NCBI GenBank assembly: GCA_038087875.1
Contig: CM075995.1
Location: forward strand, 3,288,001-3,352,000
DNA from: Malacoraja senta
Lineage: Eukaryota
Direction: 5' to 3'
Length of the DNA: 64,000 bases
A model generated the notes under the pieces. The model did no database searches. It had not been told where the DNA came from and saw only the letters and a program-made list of their open reading frames with translations. Position numbers and translations under genes: made by a program. This document shows positions 1 to 11,667 of the stretch, one piece after another (the stretch's first letter is position 1; each line of letters begins with the position of its first letter).

Positions 1-2
1 GG

Positions 3-713
3 GAATTTCTTAAAAGTGACAATGGGCCCCAGTTCTCAGGTAGCCACTTTAAAGCCTTTGCAGCAGAGTATGGCTTTGTGCACATCACGAGCAGCCCCAA
101 GTTTCCTCAGAGCAATGGGGAGGCGGAACGCGCTGTACAAACCGTGAAAAACCTGCTAACAAAGGCATCAGACCCATATCTTGCATTGCTGGCCTACAGA
201 GCAACCCCTCTACAGAACGGCTATAGCCCGGCCGAGCTGTTGATGGGGCGCCGCCTCCGCACTACAGTTCCTGCCCTTCCAACCCTGCTGAATCCAGTTT
301 TGCCTGACTACAACGCGCTGGGGGCCAAAGAAAGGGAGAAGAGGAGGAACGACGCAAGATCCTTCGACAAGAGGCACGGAGCGAGAAACCTGGAGCCACT
401 CGTACCTGGGGAGGATGTGTGGATCACCGATGCACGAGTCCAGGGCACAGTGCTATCTACACACAACACCCCTCGCTCTTATATCGTCCAGGTGCCTCAG
501 GGCACACTGAGGAGGAACCGGCATCACTTGGTGCCGCTGCAGACCAACAGTGGGGTAGTCGATGCTGATGAGCCACCGGTGGGAGAAGATTCACCTACAC
601 CAGAGCCAGCTCCACCAGTGACAACATCACCCAGCAGAGAGGGCCCCACCACAGAGCCTGTGCGGACCAGGTGTGGGAGAGAGGTTAGAAAGCCGCAGAG
701 ACTTGATTGGTGA
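3..713 (+). CDS. Ty3/Gypsy retrotransposon integrase, C-terminal part (5'-truncated by window edge)
   Basis: Frame open from position 3: SDNGPQF...HITSSPKFPQSNGEAERAVQTVK...LLAYRATP...SPAELLMGRRLRT, the rve integrase core and downstream motifs. No stops until TGA at 711-713. Confidence 0.93.
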   Translation, partial: EFLKSDNGPQFSGSHFKAFAAEYGFVHITSSPKFPQSNGEAERAVQTVKNLLTKASDPYLALLAYRATPLQNGYSPAELLMGRRLRTTVPALPTLLNPVLPDYNALGAKEREKRRNDARSFDKRHGARNLEPLVPGEDVWITDARVQGTVLSTHNTPRSYIVQVPQGTLRRNRHHLVPLQTNSGVVDADEPPVGEDSPTPEPAPPVTTSPSREGPTTEPVRTRCGREVRKPQRLDW

Positions 714-824
714 TTTATTGATTTATTTGATCAGGGACAGGTCTTTCAGCAAAAGGGCAGAATAAACCCCTTAAGACCTGCAGAGACAAAGGTAGTCCAC
801 CCTTTGTTCTCAAAGAAAGGGAGA

Positions 825-1061
825 TGTGGTATTATGGAATAATATAATAAAGGAATGCCTTTATTCTGCTGCCAGTGGTCAGGCTGCAGTGACAGCATCC
901 GGCCTGAAGGTGGGGCTGTGGGCGTAACCGGAGAGAGGCCTAGCAGCAGGGCCCGGGGATGCAGCACGAGGCAGCTGCTGTAGTGAGTTGCTAAATAAAG
1001 ACAGACTCCGATTACGTCGTTGTACGAGCCTCATTATAAGAATAATTCGATAGTTTCCACA
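825..1061 (+). mobile_element. 3' LTR of the Gypsy element, preceded by a polypurine tract
   Basis: PPT AAAGAAAGGGAGA (812-824) abuts TGTGG at 825. AATAAA near 994. Inverted terminus CCACA ends at 1061. The right boundary is slightly ambiguous because it overlaps a CR1-tail-like motif. Confidence 0.75.
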
Positions 1062-2219
1062 CTGTATCACTCTATGACTCTGAAAGCAAATTCAGCGCAC
1101 AGGTTTTTTGATTTTGCCCACCTTGTGTATGCAATATAGCTATACATTTCTCTAAAGATGGACACAGAATTCTGGAGTAACTCAACGGGACAAGCAGCAT
1201 CACTGGAGAGAAGGAATGGGTGACGTTTCGGGTCGAGACATCACCCATTCCTTCTCTCCAGAGATGCTGCCTGTCCTGCCGAGTTACTCCAGCATTTTGT
1301 GTCTATCTGCAGGTGCTTCCTACAGTGTTTAGTTCTCCAGCTCTGCAATCCTTTAAGGGGGTCTCTTCCATTCTTCCTAACCCATGCCCCACCTCTCCCC
1401 AGCCACAGACGGTCATGTTCCATGCAAGCATCATCTGCCTGGATATTGGAAGCTCAGGAGCATAAAGGCATCATCGGTCAGCCAGACAAACAGACAGACA
1501 GGCCATTGTGGCAATGGTCCTTTCAAGCAGCATGTTTAAAATCACACAGAGTGCTCCAGTCATCAGATGTAGCATTAACGCATTCCATGCTTATCAGTGC
1601 CGTGTCAGGTTTTACAATAGCCTTGATATCAGTACCACTGGGACCACATTTGAGAAGGACCCAGGAACTGCTATGACTGGGCAGGAAAACTAAAGAACCA
1701 GTTGAAAAGGCCGGGTAACGATTTCAACAAACAATGATAAGGGGCTTTTCTGGATCCAAATCGGGACAGCTGCAGCTAAGACCGTGCTACCTGCTGGGGG
1801 TTGCCTGGCAACAAGGGCTCCTTCTCCCCCAGTGATTTTGGAGTTCACAATTAAGGTTTACTCAGAGATTGTAAAGGTCCCTCTGTTATCCCACTAGCTG
1901 TCTGGGTGTTTGCTTGATATTTGGGGAAAATGGAACTTGATGTTTATTGAAATGGAACTTAGTTTAGTTTAGAGATACAGCACGGAAACAGGCCCCTCGG
2001 CCCCAGAGATGCTGCCTGTCCCTCTCAGTTACTCCAGCTTTTGGAAACATAGAAATTAGGTGCAAGAGGTGGCCATTTTGCCCTCCGAGCCTGCACCGAC
2101 ATTCATTTTGCATTTATGGGTCAAATAAATCCTTCTTGAAATAAAGAATAATAAATACAACTTTAATAGTGATCATATACACATTATCATAGGAAATAAC
2201 TGAGCACATCCATATGTTC

Positions 2220-3870
2220 ATGTACAGCAGGCAGTGAAGAAAGCGAATGGCATGTTGGCCTTCATAACGAGAGGAGTTGAGTATAGGAGCAAAGAGGTCC
2301 TTCTGCAGTTGTACAGGGCCCTGGTGAGACCAAACTGGGAGTATTGTGTGCAGTTTTGCTCTCCGAATTTGAGGAAGGACGTTCTTGCTATTGAGGGAGT
2401 GCAGCAGCGTAGGTTCACGAGGTTAATTCCCCGAATGGCGGGACTATCATATGCTGAGAGAATGGAGCGATTGGGCTTGTATTCACTGGAATTGAGAAGG
2501 ATGAGAGGGAATCTTATAGAAACATATAAAATTATTAAGGGATTGGACCAGTGATTCCACACCTCAAAAAAAATTTCCTTAAATAGAATCCCAAATTTCC
2601 TGGAATTGGATGGTATTTCCTGAAATGTTCAAAAATGCTTCCTGTGTGCTATTTGTTGTTGCTTTTTATTCGCGGGTACACGTTAACAACACAAAGAAGA
2701 ACAAGGCAAAACAGTTCTATGTAACTACACTGTATCTGCCTGTTTCAGTTATTCACTTGTACAGTGTTATGCAACAGCTTTCGTTTTCTTTGTTTTTTCA
2801 ACCTGCTCTCGTGTGTCTCAGTCTCTGCTCTCTCTCTCCCTCCACTCTCCTTCCAGTCTCCCTCCCTCCCTCCCTCTCTCTCTCCCTCCATCCCCCTTTC
2901 CCTCCCTCCCTCTCTCCCACTCTCCCTCCCCTCTCCCTCTCTCCACCCCTCCCTCTCTCCCTCTCTCCACCCCTCTTTCCATCCCTCCCTCTCTCCCTCT
3001 CGGCCCCTTCAGCCCACCCACTGTTCTGTAAGATCAAGGCCAATCCCAATGTAACTGCAATCCCACCGCCCATTGGTAACTTTTCACCACTAGGCTTATC
3101 CAGAATTCTACCACTGCCTGAAAAATAATCAAAGGCTCAACTTCCACTGAGAAAGAGAATATCAAAGACTCATTGTTATACGAGAATTTTCCCGAACAGT
3201 CTGTGACCCATAACGCTGTAGCCATAGCGCTATGTTTATAGCCCATAGCGCTGCAGCCGGTAGCGCTATATTTAGAACCCATAGCACTGCAGCCGACAGC
3301 ACTGTTTAAATTCCCACGCATTAAACTGACAGCACTCTGTTTAAACCTTTGAGCGCCAAACCAGCAGTGCGGTATGTTTTACCTTTACACCCCTTCGTGG
3401 GCCAGATGCGGAAATTTCCCGAAATTATTCAATGTCCCTAAAATTACCCGAAGACAACCAGAATTTCCTGAATTTCGGGTAATTTCCTTCAAAGTGGAAA
3501 CACTGGATTGGACACGCTAGATGCAGGAAACATGTTCCCGATGTTGGAGAAGTCCAGAACCAGGGGCCACAGTTTAAGAACAAGAGGTAGGCCATTTAGA
3601 ACTGAGATGAGGAAAAACCTTTTTACACAGAGAGTTGTGAATTTGTGGAATTCTCTGCCTCAGAAGGCAGTGGAGGCCGATTCACTGGATGCATTCCAAA
3701 GAGAGTTAGATAGAGCTCTTAGAGCTAGTGGAATCAAGGGGTATGGGGGGAAGATAGGAACGGGGTACTGACTGTGGGTGGTCAGCCATGATCACATTGA
3801 ATGGCGGTGCTGGCTCGAAGGGGCGAATGACCTCCTGCACCCATTGTCTATGTATCTATGTATCTATGAA
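2220..3870 (+). mobile_element. CR1 LINE 3' fragment, split by a hAT MITE
   Basis: KKANGMLAFI...LYRALVRP.EYCVQF...GLYSLE.RRMRGNLIETYKIIKGLD resumes after 3513 as TLDAGNMFPM...RTRGHSL...QRVVNLWNSLP. The 3' UTR and tail follow. Confidence 0.92.
2549..3505. mobile_element. Non-autonomous hAT-type DNA transposon (MITE)
   Basis: TIRs CAGTGATTCCAC / GTGGAAACACTG. Perfect 8-bp TSD GATTGGAC at 2541-2548 and 3506-3513. Contains a CT-rich tract (about 2820-3000) and short internal repeats (about 3205-3340). Confidence 0.9.
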
Positions 3871-4154
3871 CATTTTCAGTATATTAACAAAATACAATAA
3901 GTTGTTCAAATTAACCATAATATATAAGATAATTAATTTCTACCTTGACATCAGCAAACCATGCATACAAATAGAGCACCCAGTCTGAAGAAGGGTCTCG
4001 ACCTGAAATATCACCTATTTCTTTTCTCCACAGAAATAGGTGATATTTTTCTCCACAGATGCTGCCTGAACCAAAGAGTTACTCCAGCTTTTTGTTAATA
4101 ACGGTTCAGGACTAATCAGTGGGAAGATTTGTCTTTTTTTAATGCCGTGAGTTG

Positions 4155-4440
4155 CCAGATCCAGATTCAGGGATCGTTTCTTCCCAGCTGTTATCAGGCA
4201 ACTGAATCTTCCTACCACAACTAGAGAGCAGTGCTGAACTACTATCTACCTCATTGGTGACCCTCGGACAATCCTTGATCAGATTTTGCTGGCTTTGCCT
4301 TGCACTAAACGTTTTTCCCTTATACACTGTGAATGGCTCGAATGTAATCATGTATTGCCTTTCCGCTGACTGGATAGGACGCAACAAAAGATTTTCACTG
4401 TACCTCGGTACACGTGACAATAAACTAAACTAAACTAAAT
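4155..4440 (+). mobile_element. Rex1/Babar-type LINE 3' end with (TAAAC)n tail
   Basis: Encodes the RFRDRFFPAVIRQLN-type ORF2 end, then a 3' UTR ending ACGTGACAATAAACTAAAC. The same UTR recurs at about 13570-13855, 29580-29760, 39900-40060 (-) and 47475-47740 (-). Confidence 0.75.
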
Positions 4441-5550
4441 TAGACAAACAATGCCTTCCTTCCCCCAGCCCCAACCCTTTCCTGTCACCACCACCAGAAT
4501 ATGTTTCTGGGAGCTAAAAATATCAAGAGCCATTCAGTTAGTCTCACTGGTGAAGTCAAAACATTCCTCTGTCAGCAAAGGAAAAGAGGCTTCATACTGA
4601 CAGGCCTTCGTGCATTTGCTTGGCCAGGGAAAATAGCTGAGGGATCTGACTGCCATATCTGATCACTTAATTCCATAAAGCTGTTGACGTGTTGCATGCT
4701 CTTTCCCTTCCTTCTACACCCTCGTGAAGTGCTGCGTTACAGGCTGAGAGCAAAAGAAAAGACTTGCCTTTAGCTCCGCTGATGCTCAGGGCAATGCAGA
4801 GTACTTCACACCCGGCACCACATGCCTGATGCAATAGAGTCATAGAGTGATACAGCGTGGAAACAGGCCCTTCAGCTCAACTTGCCCACATTGCCCACAC
4901 TAGTCCCACCAGCCTGCGTTTGGCCCATATCACTCTAAACCTGTCCTATCCATGTGCAATAAAGAACTGCAGATGCTGGTTTAAACCGAAGAAAGGCACA
5001 AAAAGCTGGAGTAACTCAGCGGGACAGGCAGCATCTCTGGAGAGAAGGAATGGGTGACGTTTCAGGTCGAGACCCTTCTTCAGACAGTCCATGTGCCTGT
5101 CTAACTGTTTCTTGAAGGTTGCAATAGTCCCTGCCTCAACTACCTCCTCTGGCAGCTCATTCCATACACCCACCACCCTTTGTGTGAAAAAGTTACCCCT
5201 CAAATTCCTATTAAATCTTTTTTCGTTCACCTTGAACCTATGTCCTCTGGTCCTCAATTCTCTGGGCAAGAGACTGTACCGGCATCTACCCATCCCATTA
5301 TCGGTGGGTAAATGCAGTTAGGTCAGCGATCTATTTATACACAGTTAGAACCAACAAATATTAATGGTTGAACGATAACTATTGGCCGGGACACCAGAGA
5401 ACATTGCCTATTCCTCTTCAAAACTGTGCCATCTATCAAAAGCAGAGAACTTTGATTTGACAAGGTGTATGTTTCACGTTTCAGAATATTTTTGGTCCTA
5501 GGGGTTCCAGTAATGAAATACAGGCACTCCTTGACGTACGAAAGGTTTAT

Positions 5551-5860
5551 GTTTAGAGATACAGCGCGGAAACAGGCCCTTCGGCCCATCGGGTCCGCGC
5601 CGACCAGTGATCCCCGCACATTAACACCATCCTACACCCACTTGGGACAAGTTTTACATTTATCAAGCCAATTAACCTACAAACCTTTACGTCTTTAGAG
5701 TGTGGGAGGAAACTGAAGATCTCGGAGAAAACCCACGCAGGTCAGGGGAAAACGTACAAACGCCATACAGACTAAACCTGTAGTTGGGATCGAATCCGGA
5801 TCTCTGGCGCTTCTTTCGCTGTAAGACAGCAACTCTACCGCTGCGCCACCGTGACCGCCC
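5551..5860 (-). mobile_element. HE1-like tRNA-derived V-SINE (one of about 20 copies or fragments)
   Basis: Minus strand: A box GGTGGCGCAGCGG, B box (G)ATTCGATCCC, V-domain-like GGGTTTTCTCCGAG...CCTCCCACACTC, and a CR1-like 3' end GGGCCGAAGGGCCTGTTTCC plus TAAAC. Other copies at about 7385-7686(-), 11478-11680(+), 16395-16563(-), 22370-22630(+), 35223-35500(+), 40095-40377(-), 44790-45072(-), 48826-49108(-), 55760-56060(-), 57097-57400(+), 57588-57910(+) and 60864-61120(-). Confidence 0.88.
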
Positions 5861-6200
5861 ATGTTCCATAAGAAGGAGTGCAAGGACATAGTTCCTTGAA
5901 AGTGGCGTCACAAGTTGGTAGGGTGGTCATGTAGGCTTTTGGCACATTAGCCTCCATCAGTCAGAGTATTGAGTATGGATGTTGGGAGGTCATGTTACGG
6001 TTGCGCAAGACATTGTTGAGACCCCATGTGGAGAATTGTGCTCAGTGTTGGTCACCCTGTTATAGAAAAGATGTTGTCAAGCTAGAAAGAGTGCAGAGAA
6101 GATTCACAAGGGCGTTGCCAGGTCTCGAGGGCTTGAGCTATCGGGAGAGATTGAGCAGGCCAGGACTCTATTCCTTGGAGCGCAGGAGGATGAGGGGTGG
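5860..6200 (+). mobile_element. CR1 LINE fragment
   Basis: LRPHVENCAQCWSPCYRKDVVKLERVQRRFTR...GLYSLERRRMRG. Confidence 0.85.
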
Positions 6201-6249
6201 GCTCTCATCTTGGGCTCTCACTTCATTCATGGACACGGTTTTGATAATA

Positions 6250-6692
6250 TGGCACAAGCGCAGTCTCGGCGATCGTTTCGCTGAACACCTCCGCTCAGTC
6301 CGTAATAACCAACCTGATCTCCCGGTGGCTCAGCACTTCACCTCCCCCTCCCATTCCCAATCTGACCTTTCAGTCCTGGGCCTCCTCCATTGTCAGAGTG
6401 AGGCTCAGCGCAAATTGGAGGAACAGCACCTCATATTTTGCTTGGGTAGTTTACACCCCAATGGTATGAACATTGACTTCTCTAACTTCAGATAGCCCTT
6501 GCTTTCTCTCTCCATCCTCTTCCCGTTCCCAGTTCTCCCACTAGTTTTACTGTCTCCGCCTACATTCTATTTTTGTCCCGCCCCCACCTCTAACATCAGT
6601 CTGAAGAAGGGTCTCGACCCGAAACGCCGCCCATTCCTTCTCTCCAGAGATGCTGCCTCACCCGCTGAGTTATTCCAGCATTTTGTGTCTAC
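6250..6692 (+). mobile_element. Penelope-like element 3' part: GIY-YIG endonuclease C-terminus plus terminal repeat with hammerhead core
   Basis: KRSLGDRFAEHLRSV...PVAQHF...H...LEEQHLIF.LGSLHPNGMN, followed by CTGAAGAAGGGTCTCGACCCGAAAC starting at 6601. Confidence 0.9.
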
Positions 6693-8249
6693 CAGCAAGT
6701 AGTGATGATCAGTGTGGAGGAAAGAGTGTGGGAAGAAACCGAAGATCTCGGAGAAAACCCATACAGGTCACGGGGAGAATGTACAAGCTCCATACAAACA
6801 GCACTCGTAATCAGGATCGAACCCGGGTCTCAGGCGCTGTAAGGCAGTATCTTTACCGCTGCGCCAACATGCCAACTTCCGGACTCCAGTGGATGGAGTC
6901 TTTAGATATTTGGGGATTACTTGTTTAGTTAGTTTTAGTTAAGTTTATTTTAATATCGTCATGTGTACCAAGGTAAAGTGCTGTAAGGCAGCAACTCTAC
7001 CGCTGCGCCACCGTGTCTCTTGGAAAAATAATCTAGAAAAATAACGCAGTGTACTTTACAAACTTCCTAGGCTCTCACTTTGTTAACGCACAACTGACAA
7101 TGGAGCAAGACTATATAATATCCTGTATTATGTACTGGAATTGACAATACAAAGCATAGCTGTTCTTATCATCATAATCGTACCAATTTAGATGTCAGAG
7201 GAGCTGGAAATCTCAGGCTTAACAACCAGCTGCACTGATTAAGGTGCCAGGAATCAAGAAGTAAAAAGACTTCTTTTTAAATGAAGAAGGGAAAGATTCC
7301 AAAGTAAAATGGCAGGCCCATTAGAGCTTGTGAGGGGAAAGACAGGTTAATTTTTTTTAATTTATTATTTTTTTTGTTTTTGAGAATCAGCTCGGAAACA
7401 GGTCCTTCGGCCCACCGGGTCCGAGCCAACCAGAAATCCCCGTACATCAACATTATCCTACACGCACTAGGGACAATTTTTAGATTTACCAAGCCAATTA
7501 ATCGACAAACCTGTACGTCTTCGAAGTGTGGTGGGGAAACCGAAGATCTCGGAGAAAACGCACGCAGGTCACGGGGAGAACGTACAAATTCCGTACCGAC
7601 AGCACCTGTAGTCGGGATCGAATCCAGGTCTCCGGCGCTGCATTCTCTGTCAGGCAACAACTCTACCGCTGCGCCACCGTGCCGCTTAATCTGTAAAGAG
7701 GGCAGCCAGTTGTTCAAAAATGAAAAACAAGAAAGGAATCAGAAGCATGCCGGAAGGAACTGCAGGTGCTGGTTTAAACTGAAAGGAGACACAAAAAGCT
7801 GGATTAACTCAGCGGGACAGGCAGCATCTCTGGAGAGAAGGAAGAAGGATCTCGATCTGAAATGTCACCCATTCCTTTTCTCCAGTGATGCTGCCTGCCC
7901 TGCTGTGTTACTCCAGCATTTTGTGTCTATCTTAAGGAATAAGAAGCAATAATATAGCAGAGCACCTTTCTCTGTTGCTAAGTGAATGGTTCCAGTTCAG
8001 ACTTACTTGGAGTGGAAGGTACTTAAAATCGATAAGTTTAGGTTTTGTTTTAATATTTGTCACCTGTACCAAGGTACATAGAAACATAGAAACATAGAAA
8101 TTAGGTGCAGGAGTAGGCCATTCGGCCCTTCGAGCCTGCACGCCATTCAATATGATCATGGCTGATCATCCAACTCAGTATCTCGTACCTGCCTTCTCTC
8201 CATACCCTCTGATCCCTTTAGCCACAAGGGCCACATCTAACTCCCTCTT

Positions 8250-10700
8250 AAATATAGCCAATATTTAAGCCAATATGGCCTCGACTACTCTCTGTGGCAG
8301 AGAGTTCCAGAGATTCACCACTCTCTGTGTGAAAAAAGTTCTTCTCATAGATCTCGGTTTTAAAGGATTTCCCCCTTATCCTTAAGCTGTGACACCTTGT
8401 CCTGGACTTTCCCAACATCAGGAGCAATCTTCCTGCATCTAGCCTGTCCAACCCCTTAAGAATTTTGTAAGTTTCTATAAGATCCCCCCTCAATCTCCTA
8501 AATTCTAGAGAGTATAAACCAAGTCTATCCAGTCTTTCATTTATCCTCACATTTATCCACATTATACTGCATCTGCCAAACATTTGCCCACTCACCCAGC
8601 CTATCCAAGTCATCTTGCAGTCTCCTAGCATCCTCCTCACAGCTAACACTGCCCCCCCAGCTTAGTGTCATCCGCAAACTTGGAGATATTGCCTTCAATT
8701 CCCTCATCCAGATCATTAATATATATTGTAAATAGCTGGGGTCCCAGCACTGAGCCTTGCGGTACCCCACTAGTCACTGCCTGCCATTGTGAAAAGGACC
8801 CGTTTACTCCTACTCTTTGCTTCCTGTTTGCCAGCCAGTTCTCTATCCACATCAATACTGAACCCCCAATGCCATGTGCTTTAAGTTTGTATACTAATCT
8901 CTTATGTGGGACCTTGTCGAAAGCCTTCTGGAAGTCCAGATACACCACATCCACTGGTTCTCCCCTATCCACGCTACTAGTTACATCCTCGAAAAATTCT
9001 ATAAGATTCGTCAGACATGATTTACCTTTCGTAAATCCATGCTGACTTTGTCCAATGATTTCACCACTTTCCAAATGTGCTGCTATCCCATCTTTAATAA
9101 CTGACTCTAGAAGTTTCCCCACTACCGAAGTTAGACTAACTGGTCTGTAATTCCCCATTTTCTCTCTCCCTCCCTTCTTAAAAAGTGGGGTTATGTTTGC
9201 TACCCGCCAATCCTCAGGAACTACTCCAGAATCTAAAGAGTTTTGAAAGATTATTACTAATGCATCCACTATTTCTGGAGCTACTTCCTTAAGTACTCTG
9301 GGATGCAGCCTATCTGGCCCTGGGGATTTATCGGCCTTTAATCCATTCAATTACCCAACACCACTTCCCGACTAACCTGGATTTCACTCAATTCCTCCAA
9401 CTCCTTTGACCCGCGGTCCCCTGCTATTTCCAGCAGATTATTTATGTCTTCCTTAGTGAAGACGGAACCAAAGTAGTTATTCAATTGGTCCGCCATATCC
9501 TTGTTCCCCATGATCAACTCACCTGTTTCTGACTGCAAGGGACCTACATTTGTTTTAACTAATCTCTTTCTTTTCACATATCTATAAAAACTTTTGCAGT
9601 CAGTTTTTATGTTCCCTGCCAGTTTTCTTTCATAATCTATTTTTCCTTTCCTAATTAAGCCCTTTGTCCTCCTCTGCTGGTCTCTGAATTTCTCCCAGTC
9701 CTCCGGTATGCTGCTTTTTCTGGCTAATTTGTACGCATCATCCTTCGCTTTGATACCATCACTGATTTCCCTTCTTATCCACGGATGCACTACCTTCCCT
9801 GATTTATTCTTTTGCCAAACTGGGATGAACAATTTTTGTAGTTCATCCATGCAGTCTTTAAATGTCTTCCATTGCATATCCACCGTCAACACTTTCAGAA
9901 TTAATTGCCAGTCAATCTTGGCCAATTCACGTCTCATACCCTCAAAGTTACCTTTCTTTAAGTTCAGAACCATTGTTTCTGAATTAACAATGTCACTCTC
10001 CATCCTAATGAAGAACTCAACCATATTATGGTCACTCTTGCCCAAGGGGTCATGTACAACAAGACTGCTAACTAACCCTTCCTCATTACTCAGTACCCAG
10101 TCTAGAATAGCCTGCTCTCTCGTTGGTTCCTCTACATGTTGATTTAGATAACTATCCCGCATACATTCCAAGAAATCCTCTTCCTCAGCACCCCTGCCAA
10201 TTTGATTCACCCAATCTATATGTAGATTGAAGTCACCCATTTTAACTGTTTTGCCTTTGTCGCACGCATTTCTAATTTCCTGTTTGATACCATCTCCAAC
10301 TTCACTACTACTGTTAGGTGGCCTGTACACAACACCCACCAGCGTTTTCTGCCCCTTAGTGTTTCGCAGCTCTACCCATACCGATTCCACATCCTCGAAA
10401 CTAATGTCCTTCCTTTCCATTGCGTTAATCTCCTCTCTAATCAGCAACGCTACCCCACCTCCTTTTCCTTTCTCTCTATCCCTCCTGAATATTGAATATC
10501 CCTGGATGTTCAGCTCCCAGCCTTGGTCACCCTGGAGCCATGTCTCCGTGATCCCAACTATATCATAGTCATTAATAGCTATCTGCACATTCAACTCATC
10601 CACCGTATTACGAATGCTCCTTGCATTGAGACACAAAGCCTTCAGGCTTGTTTTTACAACACTCTTACCCCTTATACAATTATGTTGAAAAGTGGCCCTT
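8250..10700 (-). pseudogene. CR1 ORF2 remnant (AP endonuclease plus reverse transcriptase), frameshifted
   Basis: NARSI...GITETWL...GGGVAL...VYRPP...GDFN...LDWVL...SDHN (EN). KSPGPD...NYRPVSLTS...QHGF...DFQKAFD...[10 protein letters not shown]...FADDTKL (RT). Frameshifts near 9350 and 8650. Confidence 0.93.
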
Positions 10701-10869
10701 TTTGATTTTTGCCCTGGTTTTGTCTGCCTGCCACTTTTACTTTTCACCTTGCTACCTATTGCTTCTACCCTCATTTTACACCCCTCTGTCTCTACGCTCA
10801 CACATTTAAGAAACCCTTTCCCTTTAACTCCATCCTCCACTATCCCATTCAACACCCCACCCCCCTTAT

Positions 10870-11380
10870 TCAGTTTAAAACCACCCGTGTAGCAGTGGCA
10901 AACCTGCCTGCCAGAATGCTGGTCCCACACCTGTTAAGATGCAATTCGTCCCTTTTGTACAGTTCCCCCTTACCCCAAAACAGATCCCAGTGATCTAAGA
11001 ATCTAAATCCCTGCCCCGTGCACCAGTTCCTCAGCCACATGTTCAGGTCCCGTATCTCCCTGTTCCTGCTCTCGCCAGCACGAGGAACTGGAAGCAAACC
11101 GGAGATAACAACCCTGGAGGTCCTGCTTTTCAGCATTTTTCGGAGCTCTCTAAAGTCACGCTGCAGAATATTCACCCCCTTCTTTCCGACATCGTTTGTG
11201 CCGACATGCACTACCACCTCCGGATGTTCAACTTGGCCCTTGAGGATTTTCTGCACTCTGTCCGTGACATCCTGGATCCTGGCACCAGGAAGGCAGCACA
11301 CCATCCTCGCATCCCGTCTGTTGCCGCAGAAACCCCTGTCCGTACCTCTCACAATGGAGTCTCCCCCTACAATGACGTTG
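10870..11380 (-). pseudogene. CR1 ORF1 remnant (SGNH/GDSL esterase domain)
   Basis: GGDSIVRG...LPGARIQD...HVGTND...DELHLN: SGNH blocks typical of esterase-type CR1 ORF1. Confidence 0.88.
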
Positions 11381-11636
11381 CCTGCCTTAGGCCTTTTTGG
11401 TTTTGGCTCAACAGCCCTATTCGCATCGCAAGCAGTGAAAAGCTTTGTTTTGCTGTCCAATTTGATATCCAAACAAGCCCACACTCCAAAGATGTACAGG
11501 TATGTAGTTAAATTTGCTTGGTAAATGTAAAATTTGTCCTTAGTATGTGTAGGATAGTGTTAATGTGCGTGGATCGCTTGTCGGCGCGGACCCAGTGGGC
11601 CGAAGGGCCTGTTTCCACGCTGTATCTCTAAACTAA

Positions 11637-11667
<31 letters not shown>

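Larger units (their letters stand above)
8077..11420 (-). mobile_element. Long CR1 LINE (5'-truncated within ORF1, internal deletion in ORF2)
   Basis: ORF1 SGNH esterase, ORF2 AP endonuclease and RT, and a 3' UTR with (TTTCTATG)n tail at about 8077-8100. An abrupt deletion junction lies near 8540. Confidence 0.95.

Noticed and set aside
2610..3128. Pro/Ser/Leu-rich and Arg/Glu/Gly-rich ORFs (also 58872-59111 and 60278-60703)
   Set aside because: Translations of CT-rich low-complexity tracts.
8665..11524. Plus-strand ORFs of 90-170 aa
   Set aside because: Antisense shadows of the CR1 ORF1/ORF2 on the minus strand.
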